From contig JBAQEZ010000003.1 in NCBI GenBank assembly GCA_049287005.1, positions 393,745 through 457,744 on the forward strand: a stretch of 64,000 nt of DNA, given 5' to 3'. This document shows, in pieces, positions 59,601 to 64,000 of the stretch; the stretch's first letter is position 1, and each line of letters opens with the position of its first letter. A model generated the notes under the pieces. The model ran no database searches and had not been told where the DNA came from. It saw only the letters and a list, made by a program, of their open reading frames with translations. This DNA comes from Candidatus Moraniibacteriota bacterium. GTDB taxonomy: Bacteria; Patescibacteriota; Minisyncoccia; Moranbacterales; UBA1568. Both the position numbers and the translations under genes were made by a program.

Positions 59601-60127
59601 TTCGGCCCCAGTTCGAGATAGAAATTCTCCACGCCGAAAATGTCCTGGTATTCCAGGGCAGCCATCTTTGCACGTTCGTGGTTGCCGTAGATTATTTCCG
59701 AAGGCACTTCGCCCTGGAGCGATCCGGACAAGGCGATGAGTCCTTCATGATATTGGCGGAGGAGTTTCTTGTCCGCGCGAGCCTTGTAATAGAAACCATC
59801 GAGTTGAGCGACAGAAATGAGTTTCATGAGATTCTTGTAGCCGGTCTCGTTTTTGACCAAGAGCACCAGTTGATGACGGCGGCGATCCTCAGCCGTGTTG
59901 TTTTTGCTCAAGTGATTTTCGCAGATATGCATTTCCGCTCCGAAAATCGGTTTGATACTGAGGTCTTTGGCCTTGCTGTAGAATTCTACGGCTCCGTAGA
60001 GCGCTGACGTGTCGGTGAGGGCGAGAGAGGTCATGCCGAATTCTTTGGCTTGCGCCAAAAGCTCCTCAAGCTTCGGGAGGGCGGTGAGGAGGCTGTAGTG
60101 CGAGTGAACGTGGAGATGAGTGAACAT
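56627..60127 (-). CDS. dnaE: DNA polymerase III subunit alpha DnaE
   Basis: PHP domain (HLHVHSHYSLL), the polymerase core, and an OB domain. About 1166 aa. Confidence 0.9.
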   Translation of the reverse strand: MFTHLHVHSHYSLLTALPKLEELLAQAKEFGMTSLALTDTSALYGAVEFYSKAKDLSIKPIFGAEMHICENHLSKNNTAEDRRRHQLVLLVKNETGYKNLMKLISVAQLDGFYYKARADKKLLRQYHEGLIALSGSLQGEVPSEIIYGNHERAKMAALEYQDIFGVENFYLELGPNFEYENQLIANQGLIQISRETGIPIVAASDVHYVKREHAAIQDILLCIRDNKKVTDKERASMMSLDLSMRSEAEMTKIFADFPEAITNTQKIADACDFKIHLGENHLPEFPLPEGKTADAFLRELCEIGLTKRYTGKSITEEQRARMDYELSVIEKTGFASYFLIVQDFVNWAKNNGVVVGPGRGSAAGSFVAYLTSITDLDPIEYNLLFERFLNPERISMPDIDMDFADNRRDNVLNYVREKYGNDHVAQIITFGTMAARAAIRDVGRALGFPYDICDKTSKMIPMFTSIAKALAEVPEFKQWYVENADAKKLIDAATQVEGLVRHASMHACGVVITKDPVTEYTPLQRVSGTRVGVVTQYANSTKCAAVEKIGLLKMDFLGLKNLTIIQDTLRIIRKIKNVDIDIEKIPIDDELTFKLLQEAHTTGVFQLESSGMKRYLKQLKPTVFEDIIAMVALYRPGPMDYIPDFIGGKHGTKKIEYLHPSLEPILQNTYGVAVYQEQLMQIARDLAGFSYGEADVLRKAVGKKIKELVVEQREKFIDGCIEKGVRKTVAEKVFSFIEPFAGYGFNRSHAACYALIGYQTAYLKAHYPSEFMAALLTSDQDNIDRIAIEVREAKELGIQVMPPHINESFGEFAVIVGYDPASTRLGEAGKVERVRFGLNAIKNVGTVVAEEIVEERKRGGKYASLENFVERVKTKDLNKKSVEALIKVGALEGFGERNQLLESIDVILQYGRNLKSIADTHASSLFGGMTMPTSKIQLSPALLATKKMTLGWEKELLGLYVSDHPVNEYQAYFDRTATPLRDLEKQPDDSRVRIGGVITDVRKILTKKQNTMYFIGLEDMTGRVELLVFGKTAERTGSSWIEDEVVIVDARVSQKDGTLKCIAEGVDRISSNTLHQFARAEATRAKSITHGTPAEERNDRLLITITNDAPEKTIELLSQLLKTIPPGPQKIAVKIQGTVIDTTFAVAPTEEHLVQIRSLDGVGSVG

Positions 60128-60461
60128 GGTATTCCGTATCGCGTATTCTGTATGGTGTATCAAGTTTGCTTGATACTTGCTACTTTATACGTGATACTTT
60201 TAAAATAAAAAACGCCAATCAAAATGAAGGGCGAAATATATAAATATAAGAATATATAGACATAGAATTGAGTTCTCTCATAGCCCGGATAACTCCAAGG
60301 GTTTTGCAGAGAAGTTGATAGTGCTTTCAGTATACTCGGTAGCGCAACTTTGAACAAGCGTGTCGGGAGGAATTGCGTATATATTTTTTTTCATGCAAAT
60401 TTATCCTTTTATAGAGCCTTAAATTAGTTATAATCATACATGGATGTGATATACTTCGAAC

Positions 60462-61169
60462 ATGCAAGAAATAACCTTTGAACAAGAGAAGGAGCGGAGC
60501 CTTTTGGGGCACGCTTTTGTTATTGGTGTCGATGAGGCGGGGAGAGGACCGCTCGCCGGGCCGGTCGTAGCGGCAGCGGTGTGCTACAAGGATCCGAGCT
60601 TTCGGATTCCAGAGGGGCTGGGAAAAGAATTCGCGCTCATCCGTGATTCCAAAAAACTCTCCGAAAAACAGCGTGAAAAGATGTTTGATTTCATCCACGA
60701 ACACTTTCACGTCGGCGTCGGCATCGTGAATGCGGAGACGATCGATCGGGTGAATATTCTGCAGGCGACGTTTCTGGCGATGAAAAGTGCCGTATCGCAA
60801 CTTATGAAAAAGCTGCCGCGTGAAGCAGAGGAGCGGGGTCATTTGCTCATTGATGGTAATCAGTTGCTCCCGAGTTATTCTGCTTCGCAAGAAGCGATCA
60901 TCTCAGGAGATAACATCGTGAAATCTATTGCCGCGGCATCTATCGTGGCCAAGGTCACGCGTGACCGCATGATGCTAGAGTATGACACCTTGTATCCCGG
61001 TTACGGTTTCACGGCGCATAAAGGCTACGGGACGCAGGTCCACATGGATGCTTTGCGGCATCTCGGGCCGTGTCCGATGCATCGGATGTCATTCAAGCCC
61101 GTGCTTTTGGCATTGCCAGAAAACGTCAATAAACGATTCGCCAATGTCTTGAAGCCGAAGAAGAGGTAA
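60462..61169 (+). CDS. rnhB: ribonuclease HII
   Basis: GVDEAGRGPLAGPVV, the DSK motif, and the catalytic Asp/Glu pattern of the RNase HII family. Confidence 0.85.
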   Translation: MQEITFEQEKERSLLGHAFVIGVDEAGRGPLAGPVVAAAVCYKDPSFRIPEGLGKEFALIRDSKKLSEKQREKMFDFIHEHFHVGVGIVNAETIDRVNILQATFLAMKSAVSQLMKKLPREAEERGHLLIDGNQLLPSYSASQEAIISGDNIVKSIAAASIVAKVTRDRMMLEYDTLYPGYGFTAHKGYGTQVHMDALRHLGPCPMHRMSFKPVLLALPENVNKRFANVLKPKKR

Positions 61170-61192
61170 ATATTTTTTTGTATCTGACAGCT

Positions 61193-61317
61193 AACAACCT
61201 CCCCGGAGGCCGTTCGTTCGCCCAGCGGCGAACTTCTCTTATGAACTTTTTTTGATCCGTCCCGCCATGGCGGGACGGCACCGTGCTCAAAAAAACTTCA
61301 ACTCCTCCGGAAAGATT
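61193..61317 (+). repeat. intergenic ~122-nt repeat module, copy 2
   Basis: See copy 1. Lies downstream of rnhB in the same orientation. Confidence 0.8.
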
Positions 61318-61457
61318 TTAGCTGCAGATACGCACTCCGCTAATACTGTGCTCGGGCATTTGGGGGAGTCTTGGCAGTACACCTTTGTAGAGGCGCGGTG
61401 CCTTGTCAAAAGTGAAAAGGGATGTTACAGTAAGAACGTTAATAATTTTTTACCGTT

Positions 61458-61670
61458 ATGGCCAATCCCAAACAGAGACATACCCATCATCGCCGCGATC
61501 GCGCGCGTAAGCAATATGATGTCGAGCTGGTGAATACTCAGGAGTGCCCCAAGTGTCAGGCTCGCGTCCTTTCGCATCGTATTTGTCCGAAGTGCGGAAC
61601 CTACAAAGGGAGAGAGATGGTTAATACCGCTCCAAAACTGAAATCTGAGAAAGTGAAAAAAGCTGCTTAA
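61458..61670 (+). CDS. rpmF: 50S ribosomal protein L32 (zinc-ribbon form)
   Basis: [17 protein letters not shown] with CPKCQ....CPKCG. Confidence 0.85.
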   Translation: MANPKQRHTHHRRDRARKQYDVELVNTQECPKCQARVLSHRICPKCGTYKGREMVNTAPKLKSEKVKKAA

Positions 61671-61737
61671 AACGTCAACACCTTTCCTCTTTTTCGATGG
61701 GAATGTGCGTGAGCTCCTAGAGGACTTCCAAACAAAA

Positions 61738-62268
61738 ATGGCAAACCGGCACCTTCAAAGATCAGTAGCGATGCAATCCCTCTTCGAGTGGGATTTTCAA
61801 GGCAACCATGATGAAAAATCGCGGGATGTTTTGAGACGCAATATTTCTGAATTCGCGCCCGGTTTGGAAGATTCGATTTTTGCGGAACACCTGATGGAAG
61901 GCACACTTAAGGAACGCACTACCATCGACAAACTGATCGAGAAGTGCGCCCCGGAATGGCCGCTCGAACAGGTGACCGTCATTGATAGGAATATCCTGCG
62001 CCTCGGGATTTATGAGCTGATGTTCGGCAATTATGATGAAGTCCCTCCGAAAGTGGCGATCAACGAGGCTATAGAATTGGCCAAAACGTTCGGCAGTGAT
62101 GCCAGCCCGCGGTTTGTCAACGGGGTGCTTGGAACGATTTATCGTGAGATGGGAGAACCGATGAAGGATGATATTTCCGAAAACCATAAGCGGAATCTTG
62201 CCGAGGCAGCAAAAAAAGAAACAACCAAGAAGCCACACGAAGTCGTTTCAAAAAAAGCAGCCGAATGA
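61738..62268 (+). CDS. nusB: transcription antitermination factor NusB
   Basis: [17 protein letters not shown]...[12 protein letters not shown]...[14 protein letters not shown]...KFVNGVL is the NusB pattern. An alternative GTG start lies at 61705. Confidence 0.8.
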   Translation: MANRHLQRSVAMQSLFEWDFQGNHDEKSRDVLRRNISEFAPGLEDSIFAEHLMEGTLKERTTIDKLIEKCAPEWPLEQVTVIDRNILRLGIYELMFGNYDEVPPKVAINEAIELAKTFGSDASPRFVNGVLGTIYREMGEPMKDDISENHKRNLAEAAKKETTKKPHEVVSKKAAE

Positions 62269-62317
62269 AGCGTTAGATGACGCTTTTTTTCTTAAGAATA
62301 CACGCAAGCATATATAC

Positions 62318-63019
62318 ATGGCTATGGACACCAGGGTAGATCTCGAACAATTGAAGAAAAAACTGGTTATCGATATCCAGAATCCTGATCTGTTTCAGGA
62401 AGCTTTGACGCATCGTTCGTATCTCAACGAGCATAAGGGATACAAACATCCGCATAATGAGCGCCTGGAATTCTTGGGTGACGCGGTATTGGAGTTGGTG
62501 GTCACAAGATATCTCTTTGATAATTTCAAGAATCCGGAAGGTGAACTGACCAGTTTTCGTGCGGCGCTCGTTAATGGCGATATGTTGGGGAGGATCGGTC
62601 ACGAGCTGGGTTTGCAGGATTTCCTTCTCATGAGTCGCGGCGAAACCAAGGATACCGGTCGCGCTCGGAGTTATCTGGTGGCGAACGCAATGGAATCCGT
62701 CATCGGCGCGTTGTATATGGATCAGGGGTATGACGCGGCCAAACAGTTTATCGAGAAATATATCATGGTGCACCTTGATGAGGTGCTCGCCCAGGGCCTC
62801 TACACCGATCCCAAAAGCCGTTTTCAGGAATTGGCTCAAGAAAAAACCGGCATCACGCCGGGTTACCGCGTGCTGAAAGAGTGGGGACCGGATCATGACC
62901 GTCATTTCGTCGCGGGCGTATTCCTCGCTGATGAATTGGTGGCAGAAGGCGAGGGCATTTCCAAACAAGATGCCCAGCGTGAGGCAGCCCGCCAAGGATT
63001 GATAACCAAAGGGTGGTAG
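62318..63019 (+). CDS. rnc: ribonuclease III
   Basis: RNase III signature ERLEFLGDAVL and a C-terminal dsRBD. Confidence 0.85.
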   Translation: MAMDTRVDLEQLKKKLVIDIQNPDLFQEALTHRSYLNEHKGYKHPHNERLEFLGDAVLELVVTRYLFDNFKNPEGELTSFRAALVNGDMLGRIGHELGLQDFLLMSRGETKDTGRARSYLVANAMESVIGALYMDQGYDAAKQFIEKYIMVHLDEVLAQGLYTDPKSRFQELAQEKTGITPGYRVLKEWGPDHDRHFVAGVFLADELVAEGEGISKQDAQREAARQGLITKGW

Positions 63020-63138
63020 TAGTCTTACAATGGCTTGTCGGAGCGGATAGTGTAGATAAGCTATTGCAATGAGTTTGTTTTCGTGTTATAATGGTGATTG
63101 CACATTTTAATCATTGTTTTTTTGACGAGGAGACAAAG

Positions 63139-63384
63139 ATGAGGAAGCAACAGCTGTATCATGAACCACAAGTCGGCTCAGAGTTGGTGTATCCAGTAAA
63201 GGATGTGCCGACGTATGGAGGCAGTGGTATGGCCGGACAGCCTCCATTGCGCAGTCCTGTTCCGTCGATTGGGTCGGAACAGATTCACAGGGACGACAGC
63301 AACATGCTCTATGCCGTCGTTGTGTCGGAACCGCCAGACCCTTTCGCCCATGGCAAGGGTCAAGGGGACGACGATGAGCAGTAG
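63139..63384 (+). CDS. hypothetical small protein (81 aa, Pro-rich, acidic C-terminus)
   Basis: Extended -10 TGTTATAAT, RBS GAGGAG 7 nt before the ATG, and a terminator downstream. No family recognised. Confidence 0.4.
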   Translation: MRKQQLYHEPQVGSELVYPVKDVPTYGGSGMAGQPPLRSPVPSIGSEQIHRDDSNMLYAVVVSEPPDPFAHGKGQGDDDEQ

Positions 63385-63398
63385 ACGAAGGAGTAGGT

Positions 63399-63442
63399 GG
63401 GCGGGTGACGTGCTGATTCTAACACGCCCCCGCTTTTTTTTT
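63399..63442 (+). terminator. rho-independent terminator (GC-rich hairpin plus T10)
   Basis: ggcgggtg...cacgcccccgc followed by tttttttttt. Confidence 0.6.
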
Positions 63443-63575
63443 GGCTCAAAATAGGATATACTGGTGGGGAATGAGGCAGTATGTATAAGGTATTATGTAT
63501 CAGGCAAGAGGTCTGAGCATTTTCTTTGTATTCATACATGATACATGATTCTTGATCCCTGATACTTTTGCAAAA

Positions 63576-64000
63576 ATGTATTTAAAGAAACTCGAAATCA
63601 GCGGATTCAAGTCCTTCGCCAATAAGACGATATTGGATTTTTTTCCTGACTGCGATGTGGCTGGTAATAGTAAATGTGGTATTACGGCTATCGTGGGTCC
63701 CAATGGTTCCGGCAAGTCCAATGTCGCCGATGCCATTCGCTGGGCGATCGGCGAGCAATCACTGAAGAATTTGCGCGGGAAAAAATCCGAAGACGTCATT
63801 TTCGCGGGTACGGACAAGAAGGCGCGCTTGGGGACGGCCTCAGTGACTTTGTATTTTGATAATTCTGACAAGCGCATCCCGATCGAATTCGCGGAGGTAT
63901 CCATCACACGCAAAATTTATCGGAGCGGGGAAAGCGAATACCTGATCAATGGCGCCCGGGTCCGTTTGCTCGACATCGTGGATCTTCTGGCCAAAGCGGG
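63576..64000 (+). CDS. smc: chromosome segregation protein SMC, N-terminal fragment (continues beyond the window)
   Basis: [18 protein letters not shown]...[27 protein letters not shown] is the SMC head Walker A region. No stop is reached. Confidence 0.8.
   Translation, partial: MYLKKLEISGFKSFANKTILDFFPDCDVAGNSKCGITAIVGPNGSGKSNVADAIRWAIGEQSLKNLRGKKSEDVIFAGTDKKARLGTASVTLYFDNSDKRIPIEFAEVSITRKIYRSGESEYLINGARVRLLDIVDLLAKA

Noticed and set aside
60164-60461. AT-rich 300-bp region between dnaE and rnhB as a replication origin
   Set aside because: No DnaA-box (TTATCCACA-like) clusters are visible, only a TTGATAC-type inverted repeat. It is more likely a divergent promoter region.

Overview
This window reads as a compact bacterial chromosome segment of about 52% GC, probably from a monoderm, Patescibacteria/CPR-like organism; that placement is an inference from gene content. 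Roughly 75 protein genes and 9 tRNAs are supported, and it is mostly housekeeping. The main blocks are: lexA; valS, tsaD and recG; a secretin-less type IV pilus/competence locus (clpC-comFC // pilMNOBTC, two tandem pilins, pilD, three minor pilins); ligA and gatCA; secE-nusG-rplK-rplA; a contiguous thymidylate-synthesis cluster (dcd, thyA, folA, T4-like dNMP kinase, tmk, mazG); gatB; miaA; dnaE; rnhB; rpmF; nusB; rnc; and the 5' end of smc. Signals worth a second look: (1) a complete histidine-phosphatase domain inserted in-frame inside the zinc-knuckle of ValRS; (2) a ~122-nt intergenic module present twice, with compensatory base changes that preserve a terminator-like hairpin; (3) a conserved GCCAA-CTGC-TTGGC hairpin just downstream of three different tRNA genes, plus duplicated and decayed tRNA-Arg flanks; (4) an att-like direct repeat of the tRNA-Ser(GCT) 3' end next to a 17-bp perfect palindrome; (5) a low-GC islet (DUF218-like gene + yjjX) behind tRNA-Ser(TGA); (6) AT-rich heptamer repeats that sit in-frame inside essential genes (miaA, tsaD) and recur in intergenic DNA; (7) a (TGTC)5 microsatellite in front of pilD; (8) a membrane-anchored DUF4145/HEPN-like orphan; (9) an extra ORF wedged between rplK and rplA; (10) a candidate LexA operator palindrome. 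No CRISPR array, rRNA, transposase or integrase was found.
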